From: Candidatus Omnitrophota bacterium
GTDB lineage: Bacteria; Omnitrophota; Gorgyraeia; Gygaellales; Profunditerraquicolaceae
NCBI GenBank assembly: GCA_028716705.1
Contig: JAQUPI010000002.1
Location: 14,067 to 78,066 of the forward strand
Direction of reading: 5' to 3'
DNA length: 64,000 nt
The notes beneath the pieces are model-generated. The model saw only the letters and a program-made list of their open reading frames with translations. It was not told where the DNA came from and did no database searches. Position 1 is the stretch's first letter, and the number at the start of each line of letters is the position of its first letter. Below, piece by piece: positions 18,689 to 28,310 of this stretch. Both the position numbers and the translations under genes were made by a program.

Positions 18689-19818
18689 AAGATCCTATAT
18701 TTTTTCAGATCCTTCAACCCCCCCTGGATAAAACTCAAATTTGTCAGGTATTTCATCTTGCACCAGGTGAAGATTTTGCTCTTCGGCTCCATGTAGAAAT
18801 TCCACTTTACGTATTGGTAAGAAAAATGCGCTGTCAGCGCCGCGAATATCGCCATGAGCACCTTCATCCACAGGCCGCCTATGGCGAAATTTAAAATTAT
18901 CGACAGGATAAAAAGCAGGGCGCATAAGTGCGTGAGGTGGAAGTTGCCGACGTATACAAACCCTCTTATCGGCAGAGGAAATAAAAACGATGGATTGCCC
19001 TTTAGAAATTGAAATATTATCTCGATGCCCTTTTTCTCGACATACTTGTCGATCAAGGGCAAGTGCGCTTGGCCGTAAGTTACCCAGACTTTTCTCAGGG
19101 ACCTGAGGTCAGCCCTGTGCATATGGTCCACTTTTGCTTCTGGAGCGAAATAAAAATTCCAGCCGCGGCTTCTGTGCTGGTAACTTAGATCCATATCTTC
19201 GCCGGTCGGCCTTTCCCAGAATTTCGCCCCTATCTGCGTCATCGCGCTTTTACGGTAAGCCACGTTGCAGGTGCCGAAAAAATACGCTTTGTGTCCGCCG
19301 ATATCGGAAGGCAGGGGCTTCCGGGGAAACCCCGGATAATAACCTTCTTTTATGAACCCGTAACGCGGGGAAACCATGTTAAATCTAAAGTGCTGGCACC
19401 AGGCTTCAACCAGATTATCGGGATCGACCTTCAAGGTAAAGACTTCGCCGCCCACTGCCGCGATCTTCGGGTCCCGCTCAAAGTGTTTAAGCATCTCTTT
19501 TATCCAGTTTTCGGAAGGGGCGCAATCCGCGTCGGTAAAAAACAGAAAATCCCCTTTGGTGCTTGCAAGGGCCTTATTCCGCGCGAACCCCGGCGAGGGA
19601 CAATTAGGTATTTCAACCAGTTTAATGAAAGGGTATTTTCGCTGCCAGCTTTTAATGATCTCGATAGTCCTGTCCGCGGAGCCTCCGTCTGCGATCACCC
19701 ATTCCCAGCGTTCCCGGGGATAATCCACTTTCAGAAGGTAATCAAAGGTTTTTTCAATGGTACGTTCGAAATTCTTCACCGGGATGATAATGGAGACGAA
19801 GGGTAAATTGGACATCAT
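18667..19818 (-). CDS. Family-2 glycosyltransferase with a C-terminal membrane domain
   Basis: VSIIIPVKN plus DAD and DxD motifs. Start re-assigned to MMSNLPF (ATG ~19818), preceded by AAGGAGGAG. Confidence 0.7.
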   Translation of the reverse strand: MMSNLPFVSIIIPVKNFERTIEKTFDYLLKVDYPRERWEWVIADGGSADRTIEIIKSWQRKYPFIKLVEIPNCPSPGFARNKALASTKGDFLFFTDADCAPSENWIKEMLKHFERDPKIAAVGGEVFTLKVDPDNLVEAWCQHFRFNMVSPRYGFIKEGYYPGFPRKPLPSDIGGHKAYFFGTCNVAYRKSAMTQIGAKFWERPTGEDMDLSYQHRSRGWNFYFAPEAKVDHMHRADLRSLRKVWVTYGQAHLPLIDKYVEKKGIEIIFQFLKGNPSFLFPLPIRGFVYVGNFHLTHLCALLFILSIILNFAIGGLWMKVLMAIFAALTAHFSYQYVKWNFYMEPKSKIFTWCKMKYLTNLSFIQGGLKDLKKYRIFCVEPSF

Positions 19819-19820
19819 TC

Positions 19821-19874
19821 TCCTCCTTGCGCAGAAAGCGCACACCAATCCATCCGATAGGATTGGGTGTTGCG
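19821..19874 (-). promoter_or_regulatory. Conserved intercistronic 5'-leader element, copy B
   Basis: RNA sense is UAG-AACGCAACACCCAAUCCUAUCGGAUGGAUUGGUGUGCGCUUUCUGCGCAAGGAGGAG-A-AUGAUG. It fills the pyrK-stop to GT2-start gap. Base differences from copy A preserve the first hairpin. Confidence 0.6.
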
Positions 19875-19876
19875 TT

Positions 19877-20680
19877 CTAACCCCAGATTATCTCGTTCGC
19901 CCTGAACACAGGGCCTTCTTTACAAACCCTCTCAAAACCTTTTTTTGTATTTACCACGCACCCCAGACAGGCGCCGATCCCGCACGCCATATGCTCTTCA
20001 AGCGACGCCTGGGCGGGCGCGTTGTATTTTTCAGAGATCCGGCTGATTTCTTTTAACATCAGCCGGGGGCCGCAGGCGTAAATAACGATTGGCGGGCGGC
20101 GCCCGGTGTTTAATCCGCGTTCAAGCAGCCCGCTGACATATCCTTTAAATCCTCTCGAGCCGTCGTCGGTTGCGATTTTTACATCGCACCCTAAATTTTT
20201 AAATTCTTTTTCGCAAAGAATCGAACTTGCTGTTTTTGCCCCGATCAAGACTTCAGTCCTTAATTTCGGGCTTGAAGCTCGTAGCCCCCGCAATCTTTGC
20301 GCCAGGAAAAGAAGCGGAGCAACGCCCATGCCGCCGGCCACGATAACCGGTGAACTGCTCGCGCGGCTCCCGGAAAAAGCCCCAAGGTCAAAACCGTTAC
20401 CCAGCGGCCCGATCAGATCCAGGTATTCGCCGGCCTTACGCTGGGATAAGATCTCGGTCCCCCTACCAACTACTTCATACAGCACCTCCATATCGGATCC
20501 TTTTACCTTATGTATCCCGAACGGCCGGCGCAGCAGGGGCTCATTGGGCCCGTTGACTTTAACGCTTATGAATTGCCCTGGAAGACACTTACCGGATATA
20601 CGCGGCGCGCGCAGGGTTAAATGAAAGAAATTCCCGGTGATGTTTTTATTATAAATCAGCTTTGCCCTTATTTGAAGCAT
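19877..20680 (-). CDS. pyrK: Dihydroorotate dehydrogenase electron-transfer subunit
   Basis: 267 aa FAD/NAD-binding protein with a C-terminal 2Fe-2S cluster (CGIGACLGC). Confidence 0.85.
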   Translation of the reverse strand: MLQIRAKLIYNKNITGNFFHLTLRAPRISGKCLPGQFISVKVNGPNEPLLRRPFGIHKVKGSDMEVLYEVVGRGTEILSQRKAGEYLDLIGPLGNGFDLGAFSGSRASSSPVIVAGGMGVAPLLFLAQRLRGLRASSPKLRTEVLIGAKTASSILCEKEFKNLGCDVKIATDDGSRGFKGYVSGLLERGLNTGRRPPIVIYACGPRLMLKEISRISEKYNAPAQASLEEHMACGIGACLGCVVNTKKGFERVCKEGPVFRANEIIWG

Positions 20681-21368
20681 CTTTTTGTTGGCTGTTCGTA
20701 CGGTCGATTAAATAAAAGGATAGGAATACGAAAAAGGTGATCACCGCCAGAAAAAGCAGGCTTTCCCTGGCATAAATTTTAATTCCTATGGTTTTTAGAT
20801 CTTCCCGGCTTTCCAGGAAGATCACAATGAATAGTATTACTAATATTGGGCCGGTCTCCTTTTTGAGCCAGGGCAATTTAAGAGGCAAGATGCCTGCGAT
20901 ATCTTTTTTAAATATTGACGCGAATGAAGGAAAAAGGCGGGGGACCTTCTTCGCGTATTCAGGGTAAGCAGAGGGGAACATAAGCAGTAACTTCCTTTCT
21001 TCTTTAAATATAAGCGATGTGTAGCGCCAGATAAAAACGCAGAGGAAAACAAGGGTTACCCACCAATTAAAAAGCATTAATACGATGCCTAAACCTATCA
21101 AAAATATGCCCAAGTACATGGGATTACGCACTAATGCGTAAGGCCCCGAACTGATCAGAAGGTGCCCGTTTAAAGATCTTTCCGATTTATAGCCCCGGCT
21201 GGAGGCGCGCAGGATCTGCCCAAAGATTATCAGCGCCATACCGAGCATCTCTACAGATGCATCCCATGGGGCAACGCTGGATTTGCGCAAAAAAACTGCT
21301 GGGAATAAAATAATCAGCATAAATGACGCGGCAAGGAGTATCCCGTTTATCTTAAGGCGCATCTTCAT
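20649..21368 (-). CDS. Membrane methyltransferase of the isoprenylcysteine carboxyl methyltransferase (ICMT/PEMT) family
   Basis: 239 aa polytopic protein with the GPYALVRNPMYLG motif. Confidence 0.55.
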   Translation of the reverse strand: MKMRLKINGILLAASFMLIILFPAVFLRKSSVAPWDASVEMLGMALIIFGQILRASSRGYKSERSLNGHLLISSGPYALVRNPMYLGIFLIGLGIVLMLFNWWVTLVFLCVFIWRYTSLIFKEERKLLLMFPSAYPEYAKKVPRLFPSFASIFKKDIAGILPLKLPWLKKETGPILVILFIVIFLESREDLKTIGIKIYARESLLFLAVITFFVFLSFYLIDRTNSQQKDASNKGKADL

Positions 21369-21369
21369 C

Positions 21370-22179
21370 CTATTTTACCTCCGCCTGGCATTCCGGGCAA
21401 AAATATGTTCCTCTGCCACCCATTGAAATTCTTTTTATCGGGGTTTTACAGACAAGGCATGGCTTACCCAGCCTGTCGTATACCTTATGATAACGCGCGT
21501 AATTCCCGGGGTTACCGGATAATTGCACGTACTGGTCCACGGATGACCCCTTATGCGTAATTGCCTCGGTTAAAGTATCTTTTATCTCCCTGAAAAGAGT
21601 TTCTTTTTCTTTCTCCAAAAGGCTGGAAGCGGGCCTGCCGGGATTTATTTTTGCCCTGAAAAGCGCCTCGCAGGCATAAAGATTCCCCACACCGGAAATA
21701 AAGGTCTGGTCCATAAGTAAAGGCTTGATTTTGGTTTTTTTCCGGCTGAGCATTTTTTTAAAATCTTCGGCGGCCAGCTCGAACGGCTCAGGCCCGAGCC
21801 GTTGAATAAAGCTCAATTTGCGCCAGTCATCCATAAGGCGGAGCTCCGCGAATAACCTCTGGTCATTAAAATCCAACGATTTGCCGTCAGACAACCTGAA
21901 AGTAACCCTGCTCCTCGCGCCGTCTCCCGGGTATATCAACTGGCCGGTCATCTTTAAATGTATAACCAGTGACTTACCGCCGGATAGCTCAAGGATCAGA
22001 ACTTTAGCTTTACGCAGGATACGTTTAAAGACCGTTCCGGACAATCCGTTCTTGAATTGCGCGGGGGAAGGGTGGCGGATGACCTTGGGGTTATGGATGA
22101 CGACCTCGATGATCTTCTTGCCCAAAACGACCTTTTCTAATTCGCGTTTTATTGTCTCAACCTCGGGTAATTCCGGCAT
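21370..22179 (-). CDS. mutM: Formamidopyrimidine-DNA glycosylase
   Basis: N-terminal MPELPEVE, H2TH fold, and a C-terminal Zn finger (CxxC...CPECQ). Confidence 0.85.
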   Translation of the reverse strand: MPELPEVETIKRELEKVVLGKKIIEVVIHNPKVIRHPSPAQFKNGLSGTVFKRILRKAKVLILELSGGKSLVIHLKMTGQLIYPGDGARSRVTFRLSDGKSLDFNDQRLFAELRLMDDWRKLSFIQRLGPEPFELAAEDFKKMLSRKKTKIKPLLMDQTFISGVGNLYACEALFRAKINPGRPASSLLEKEKETLFREIKDTLTEAITHKGSSVDQYVQLSGNPGNYARYHKVYDRLGKPCLVCKTPIKRISMGGRGTYFCPECQAEVK

Positions 22180-22197
22180 CTTGTTTTCTCGCCTTCC

Positions 22198-22596
22198 TTA
22201 ACTATCGCTGATCACCTTGACCCATACTTCCCTCGACCGCGGGCCGTCGCTTTCGCAAAAGAATATGCCCTGCCATGTGCCTAGCGCCAAATTTGAATTT
22301 TCGATAAAAACGGCCAGCGAGGAACCGAAAATCGACGATTTTATATGGCCGTCGGAATTTCCTTCCGTATGAGCGTACCCGGCGTTCTCCGGCACGAGTT
22401 TTTTCAGAGCGATTATTATATCCCTCTGGACATCGGGATCAGCGTTCTCGTTAATAGTCAATCCGGAGGTTGTATGCGGGCAGAATATGAAACACATGCC
22501 GTTTTTTATCCTGCTCTTTGCCACCAGCGAGCGGACCTCATCCGTGATGTCGATCAATGCTGCGCGGCTGTTCGTTTTTATGCTTATCTTCTCCAT
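22198..22596 (-). CDS. yjbQ: YjbQ/UPF0047 family protein
   Basis: 132 aa with GMCFIFCPHTTSGLTINEN and SDGHIKSS motifs. Confidence 0.7.
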   Translation of the reverse strand: MEKISIKTNSRAALIDITDEVRSLVAKSRIKNGMCFIFCPHTTSGLTINENADPDVQRDIIIALKKLVPENAGYAHTEGNSDGHIKSSIFGSSLAVFIENSNLALGTWQGIFFCESDGPRSREVWVKVISDS

Positions 22597-22621
22597 GATA
22601 TCCCTGATGTGATTTTACTTC

Positions 22622-23125
22622 TTATTTCTTTGTCAAATCTTTCCTGGCTTCTATGTCCCATGCCGTTGACTTTCTTTTTAAAAGCTCCTTCACTTTCTCT
22701 ACCGCCTCTTCTACTGTTTTAACTTTGATAACGCCATCGATATCCCAGGAATTAAGGCTAATGACCGGGATCCCGAACTGCAGGCAATACGCTATCTCCG
22801 AGAGAGTACCAGCTTCTCCTGGAAGAGCGACTACGACATCCGCGCTTTTTACTACTAAAACATTTCTAGCTAATCCTAAACCTGTGGGCAACGCTATATC
22901 AACATAAGGATTCGCGCAGCTTTTATCGTAACCAGGTAAAATACCTATGGTTAAACCGCCTCCGGATTTAAAACCGCGACAAACCGCCCTCATAGTACCA
23001 GAAAGGCCTCCAGAAGCGAGAATATCAACCACTTTAGTCAGTTTTTTGCCTAGTTTTTGAGCTAAACGCTCCACTTCCCCCGCACATCTTCTTCCACCTA
23101 TTACACTTACAATTTTTTTGCGCAT
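22622..23125 (-). CDS. LOG-family / TIGR00725 Rossmann-fold nucleotide-binding protein
   Basis: 167 aa with the PGEAGTLSE (PGGxGTxxE-like) motif. Confidence 0.55.
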   Translation of the reverse strand: MRKKIVSVIGGRRCAGEVERLAQKLGKKLTKVVDILASGGLSGTMRAVCRGFKSGGGLTIGILPGYDKSCANPYVDIALPTGLGLARNVLVVKSADVVVALPGEAGTLSEIAYCLQFGIPVISLNSWDIDGVIKVKTVEEAVEKVKELLKRKSTAWDIEARKDLTKK

Positions 23126-23129
23126 TTTT

Positions 23130-23204
23130 TGGTGCGCCTGGACAGAATCGAACTGTCACACCCAGCTCCGGAGGCTGGTGCCCTATCCATTGGGCTACAG
23201 GCGC
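23130..23204 (-). tRNA. tRNA-Arg (CCG)
   Basis: Reverse complement GCGCCTGTAGCCCAATGGATAGGGCACCAGCCTCCGGAGCTGGGTGTGACAGTTCGATTCTGTCCAGGCGCACCA. Anticodon loop CTCCGGA. Confidence 0.9.
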
Positions 23205-23687
23205 TTATTTCAATGATTGTTTTATTTTCGATAAAACGAATTCTTGATTATTGATTTTAAATTGTTGTATCGAAAATCGTTTGAATTTTTTTGCCCCTTT
23301 CGTACTCAAGATCCCCTGCATGTAATCCAGGCAGCGCTCATTACCCATACCGCTGCCGTAAGTAGTAAATAAAACTACCTCTTTGCCTTCTACCCCCGAG
23401 CATTTATCCAGGTAGGTATTTAGCGCCGGGGCAGGGCCGAAAGCCCATACTGGAGTGCCCAGGCAGATCAAATCAAAAACGCTCAAATCGAAGTTTACCG
23501 GCTGCAGCTGCCCCATTTTGTGCTGGAAGGCTCGGCGACACTGAAGAAGGAAAGATTTCTCCTCGTCCAGGCATTTTAACTCAATAAGATCCGCCTGACT
23601 TCCTTCGCTCTTCAGATAAACAGACAGGGCTTCCGCCGCCTTCTGCGTATTGCCGGAATAAGAATAGTAAATTATTACGCTTTTCAT
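23205..23687 (-). CDS. Flavodoxin-like protein
   Basis: 160 aa with an N-terminal IIYYSYSGNTQKAAEA FMN-binding loop. Confidence 0.6.
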   Translation of the reverse strand: MKSVIIYYSYSGNTQKAAEALSVYLKSEGSQADLIELKCLDEEKSFLLQCRRAFQHKMGQLQPVNFDLSVFDLICLGTPVWAFGPAPALNTYLDKCSGVEGKEVVLFTTYGSGMGNERCLDYMQGILSTKGAKKFKRFSIQQFKINNQEFVLSKIKQSLK

Positions 23688-24925
23688 TAGAAGAGGCTTA
23701 GCTGTTTCTCCGCTGTTTGCTGCTTATCGTCGTCGGAAAATATTTGGATCTTCCCGTATTCTCCGTCATATCCTGCCTGAATGTGTACCTTGCCCTCCCT
23801 TACCCGCAAAATCCCTTCGGCGATGCGGGGGGACAGCTCCTTCTTTAAAACCTCTTTGGGCGCCTTATTAAGGATCTCGAATTCAGTCCCTAATTTTGCC
23901 AGGCAGGCGCGGTATTCCCTTTCAACGCCCTGCGAAGTTTTACCGACACCTTTCGCCTCGGCAATGATCTCATCCAGCGGTATCAGGTTTTTAAAAGGGA
24001 TGCCGCTGGGTGGAACATATCCTTCCGGCCTGTCCGCTAATTGCTCGACCCGGTTCATTACGCCCACGGTTACGGGCTTTGCGCATTTAGGGCAGCGGCC
24101 GTTATTCTCCCTGGTTTGCTTTGGAGAAAGCCGCGTACCGCATAAACGGTGGCCGTCGTAATGATATTTGCCCTCTTCAGGGAAAAATTCTACGGTGTAC
24201 AAGAATCTCTTTTTGTCTTTGGCGCTTAAAACTTCCCTTATAGTTTTATAATTTAGCTCACAGTCAAATACATTCGCCTCCCGGCCGATCTTTTGCGGAC
24301 TATGGCTGTCTGAATTGCTTATTATTGTATATTTATCCAGAGCGGAAAGCCTCCAGTTCATGCCCGGATCCGAAGATAGGCCGCTCTCTAAAGCGAATAT
24401 CCTGGGTGTCTGTTTCTCGAAACAATCTTCGATCCTGTCGAAACCGGACATTGAACCGAAGACGCTAAACCAAGGTGTCCAGACATGGGCGGGTATAAAC
24501 ATGCAGCTTTCGTCAATATCGAAAACGATACGCGCCAGCTCCTCGGCATCCATTCCAAGGATTGGGCGTCCGTCGCTGGCCAAGTTACCATAGCGGGAAA
24601 GGGTCTCATTTATCTTATCCGTAGTCTTGAAAGAAGGGCTAAAGATCATATTGTGCACACGGTAGGTTTTCCCTTTTTTAGAATAGATGCTGCTGATCTC
24701 GCAGGTAAGCATAAAGTGCACATCATTGTGCAAAAAAAGCCCGTTTCCTAAATCCTGTAAATTACCCTTCAGCTCTTCCAGCCACAAGTGATGCGTAAAA
24801 TCACCGGTGCCCATCAGGGTTATGCCTTTTAACTTTGCCCACTCGGCGATATGTTTAATATCCATATCCCGGGAAGTGGCGCGGCTGTATTTGGAATGAA
24901 TGTGAAAATCCGCTATGAACTCCAA
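23687..24925 (-). CDS. PHP-domain protein, endonuclease Q-like (TIGR00375)
   Basis: N-terminal ADFHIHSKYS PHP motif and a C-terminal Zn ribbon (CGTRL...CPKCAKP). Start re-assigned to TTG ~24925, which is preceded by AGAGGAG-ATAAA. The longer track ORF also starts on TTG. Confidence 0.5.
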   Translation of the reverse strand: MEFIADFHIHSKYSRATSRDMDIKHIAEWAKLKGITLMGTGDFTHHLWLEELKGNLQDLGNGLFLHNDVHFMLTCEISSIYSKKGKTYRVHNMIFSPSFKTTDKINETLSRYGNLASDGRPILGMDAEELARIVFDIDESCMFIPAHVWTPWFSVFGSMSGFDRIEDCFEKQTPRIFALESGLSSDPGMNWRLSALDKYTIISNSDSHSPQKIGREANVFDCELNYKTIREVLSAKDKKRFLYTVEFFPEEGKYHYDGHRLCGTRLSPKQTRENNGRCPKCAKPVTVGVMNRVEQLADRPEGYVPPSGIPFKNLIPLDEIIAEAKGVGKTSQGVEREYRACLAKLGTEFEILNKAPKEVLKKELSPRIAEGILRVREGKVHIQAGYDGEYGKIQIFSDDDKQQTAEKQLSLF

Positions 24926-25371
24926 TTTATCTCCTCTAAAATCTTGCGCACATTGCCCCAATGCGTCCCCTGCCAATATACGCGCTTACACTTAGGGCAG
25001 GTAATAAAATCTACCTGTGTCTTAAAGACGTATTCCGGCACCCTATCTTTTGCCTTCTCCTTGTCTATCTTCTCCAGTTTCTCATTGCAAAGGATACAGC
25101 GGCTAAACATCTGTTCAGGACGTATTTTAAGCTTTAACGCCTTGAGGACCTCTTGGACCTGACCCCTGATCTTTTCTTCTTTAATCAAAACCACTCTGAT
25201 ACCCCTGTCCCGGGGCAACCTCTGATTACGCGTCAAAATCATGCGTTCTTCCCTAAGCGCCTGTATCATCAATGAACTCGGCTTATCCTGTTTATAATAG
25301 GCCGTGTCGAATCCCAAGATCCTCAGCCACTTGGCGAGCCTCCCCAATTCTTTAGTCAAGATGAATTGCAC
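24913..25371 (-). CDS. Mut7-C RNase domain protein (DUF82)
   Basis: 152 aa with N-terminal LGRLAKWLRILGFD and C-terminal Cys pairs (CILCN, CPKC). Confidence 0.6.
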   Translation of the reverse strand: MQFILTKELGRLAKWLRILGFDTAYYKQDKPSSLMIQALREERMILTRNQRLPRDRGIRVVLIKEEKIRGQVQEVLKALKLKIRPEQMFSRCILCNEKLEKIDKEKAKDRVPEYVFKTQVDFITCPKCKRVYWQGTHWGNVRKILEEINWSS

Positions 25372-25390
25372 CGAAGGCGAAGGTCATTAT

Positions 25391-26671
25391 CTAGCCGGGG
25401 CTCTTGTAAGCGATACTACCGGACACTACGCAGTATTCTACCAAGCCCGTTAATTTCCAGCCCAAAAAGGGCGAGTTTTTCGAGGAAGAAAGGAACTCTT
25501 CTTTTTTTACCGCCCACTCTTTTTCCGGAGAAATAATAATTATATCCGCGTCGCGTCCTATTCCTAAGCTGCCTTTATTTATCCCTAAGATCTTCGCCGG
25601 ATTAAGACACATTTTTTGCGCAAGGTCCGGCCAATCCAATAAGCCCGTTTTAATTAATTGGTGTACGCTTGCGGCTAATTCTGTTTCCAGGCCGATAACG
25701 CCGAACTCCGCCCGCTCGAACTCGATCTCTTTTTCATTTTCCGTATGCGGGGCGTGGTCTGAAGCGATGACATCGATCACCCCGCTCTTTAAACCTTCTT
25801 TTAAGGCATCCCTGTCCTCTTTCCTTCTTAAGGGGGGATTCATTTTCATATTTGTATCGAAGCCTAAAAGAGCGTCTTCCGTCAGAGAAAAATGGTGCGG
25901 GGTAACTTCGGCGGTTACTTTCACGCCTTTCTTTTTGTATTGCGCGACAAGGTCAACGGATTCTTTACAACTCACATGCGCGATATGGATCCTGGCGCCT
26001 GTTTTTTGCGCCAACTCCAGGTCTCTTTGCACCCGCTTGTACTCGGATTCCCTCGAAATCCCGCGTAAGCCTAGCCGGGTTGAAATTATTCCCAGATTTA
26101 CCACCCCGGAAGGACAGAGCGACCTGTCTTCGCAATGAGAGATTACCAGGAGATCCTGCTCTTTGCCTGCTTTTAGGGCCTGCCGCATAAGGTCATCCTT
26201 GTCCACAGAAACTCCATCGTCGGAAATAGCGACCGCGCCTTCTTTTTTTAATTCGGAGATTGCGCTTAATTTTTCTCCTTTACGTTCTTTGGTAATCGCG
26301 CCGCAGATAAAAACATGCGACTTGGCGGTTTTATCGATGATCTCCTTTAATAGCTTAACGCTGTCCGCGGAGTCAATGCATGGCTGGGTATTGGGCATGG
26401 CTAAGAGGCTTGTAACGCCTCCTCTAAGAGCCGCCGCGGTGGCCGAAGCGACAGTCTCCTTGTCTTCCCTGCCCGGCTCCCTTAAATGGACGTGCATATC
26501 CACTATGCCTGGCATGACTATCTTGCCTTGGGCGTCAATAGTGTTATCTACCCGCGCCTCGATCCCGGCCGAGACTTCCGTTATCCTTCCGTTTTCTACC
26601 AGGATATCCCGGATGCCGTCTATTTTGTTCCCCGGGTCAATGAACCGTCCATTTTTAATCAGGAGTTTCAT
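25391..26671 (-). CDS. pyrC: Dihydroorotase
   Basis: 426 aa with GIVDMHVHLREPG and ASDHAPH motifs. Confidence 0.85.
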   Translation of the reverse strand: MKLLIKNGRFIDPGNKIDGIRDILVENGRITEVSAGIEARVDNTIDAQGKIVMPGIVDMHVHLREPGREDKETVASATAAALRGGVTSLLAMPNTQPCIDSADSVKLLKEIIDKTAKSHVFICGAITKERKGEKLSAISELKKEGAVAISDDGVSVDKDDLMRQALKAGKEQDLLVISHCEDRSLCPSGVVNLGIISTRLGLRGISRESEYKRVQRDLELAQKTGARIHIAHVSCKESVDLVAQYKKKGVKVTAEVTPHHFSLTEDALLGFDTNMKMNPPLRRKEDRDALKEGLKSGVIDVIASDHAPHTENEKEIEFERAEFGVIGLETELAASVHQLIKTGLLDWPDLAQKMCLNPAKILGINKGSLGIGRDADIIIISPEKEWAVKKEEFLSSSKNSPFLGWKLTGLVEYCVVSGSIAYKSPG

Positions 26672-27608
26672 GGCTTATATTTTCGTTTGCCTGGGCGACC
26701 AAAAACATCGCCGCCATTCTTACCGCGATGCCGTTGGTAACCTGCTCTAGTATCACCGAATTTAATCCATCGGCTATTTCGCTGGATATCTCTACTCCCC
26801 GGTTTAAAGGCCCGGGGTGCATGATGATGATGTCTTTTTTCGCCTTTTTAAGCCTCTCTCTGGTGATCCCGAAATTCTTGAAATACTCCAGCTGCCTGGG
26901 GAAGGCGCTTTCCCCATCCCGCTCAAATTGCATCCTCAGCACATTCACCGCGTCGGACCTGGCCAGGGCTTCATCGATATCGGTTACCACTTTAACGCCC
27001 ATCTCTTCTATGGCGGGAGGGATAAGGATCTTCGGCGCGCATACCGTAACATTAGCGCCCAATTTCGTCAGTCCCCATATATTTGAGCGCGCCACGCGGG
27101 AATGCGCGATATCCCCGACTATGCTCACCTTTATCCCCTCGATCCTGCCTAATTTTTCTTTTAAGGTAAATATATCCAGAAGGGCCTGCGTTGGATGTTC
27201 GTGCCATCCGTCTCCGGCGTTGATCACGCTGGCTTTCACGCTGCGGCCGAGCATCACGGCGGCGCCGGAATAATTATGCCTGACCACGATTATATCCACC
27301 TTGAGCGCCTCTATATTCCTGCCGGTATCTATAAGCGTTTCTCCTTTGCGCACGCTGGACGTTTCTGAAGCGATGTTTATGACATCCGCGGATAAACGCT
27401 TTGCGGCTATCTCAAAAGAGACCCTTGTCCGCGTTGAAGGCTCGTAAAAAAGGTTAACCACGGTTTTGCCGCGCAACGCCGGTACTTTTTTTATCTCGCG
27501 CGTGGAAACCTCTTTAAAAGATTCCGCCGTGGATAGTATAAGGCTTATTTCTTCCCTGTTTAAATCTTCAAGGCCCAGTAAATCTTTACGCGACCAAGCC
27601 GCGGTCAT
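26655..27608 (-). CDS. pyrB: Aspartate carbamoyltransferase catalytic subunit
   Basis: 317 aa with STRTR and HPTQ motifs. Confidence 0.9.
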   Translation of the reverse strand: MTAAWSRKDLLGLEDLNREEISLILSTAESFKEVSTREIKKVPALRGKTVVNLFYEPSTRTRVSFEIAAKRLSADVINIASETSSVRKGETLIDTGRNIEALKVDIIVVRHNYSGAAVMLGRSVKASVINAGDGWHEHPTQALLDIFTLKEKLGRIEGIKVSIVGDIAHSRVARSNIWGLTKLGANVTVCAPKILIPPAIEEMGVKVVTDIDEALARSDAVNVLRMQFERDGESAFPRQLEYFKNFGITRERLKKAKKDIIIMHPGPLNRGVEISSEIADGLNSVILEQVTNGIAVRMAAMFLVAQANENISHETPD

Positions 27609-27611
27609 ATT

Positions 27612-28154
<543 letters not shown>

Positions 28155-28160
28155 CTAAGC

Positions 28161-28250
28161 AAAAAAATACCCCGATTGGTTGTATCGGGGCTATAGTTAT
28201 CTCTTTTCTTAAGCATCTGGTTTTCCTTGCTAGCTTCTCAAGAACTAGCT
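28161..28250 (-). promoter_or_regulatory. pyr attenuator: PyrR-binding loop-like RNA plus intrinsic terminator
   Basis: Minus-sense UCUUGAGAAGCUAGCAAGGAAAAC resembles the Bacillus PyrR box UCCAGAGAGGCUGAGAAGGAUAAC. It is followed by the hairpin CCCCGAUACAACCAAUCGGGG plus a U8 run, just 5' of pyrR. Confidence 0.55.
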
Positions 28251-28310
28251 TAAAGGCGCTTTTTCTTTCCAATAAATATACCATTTACCCTGCTGTTTGT
28301 CAATGAAAGT

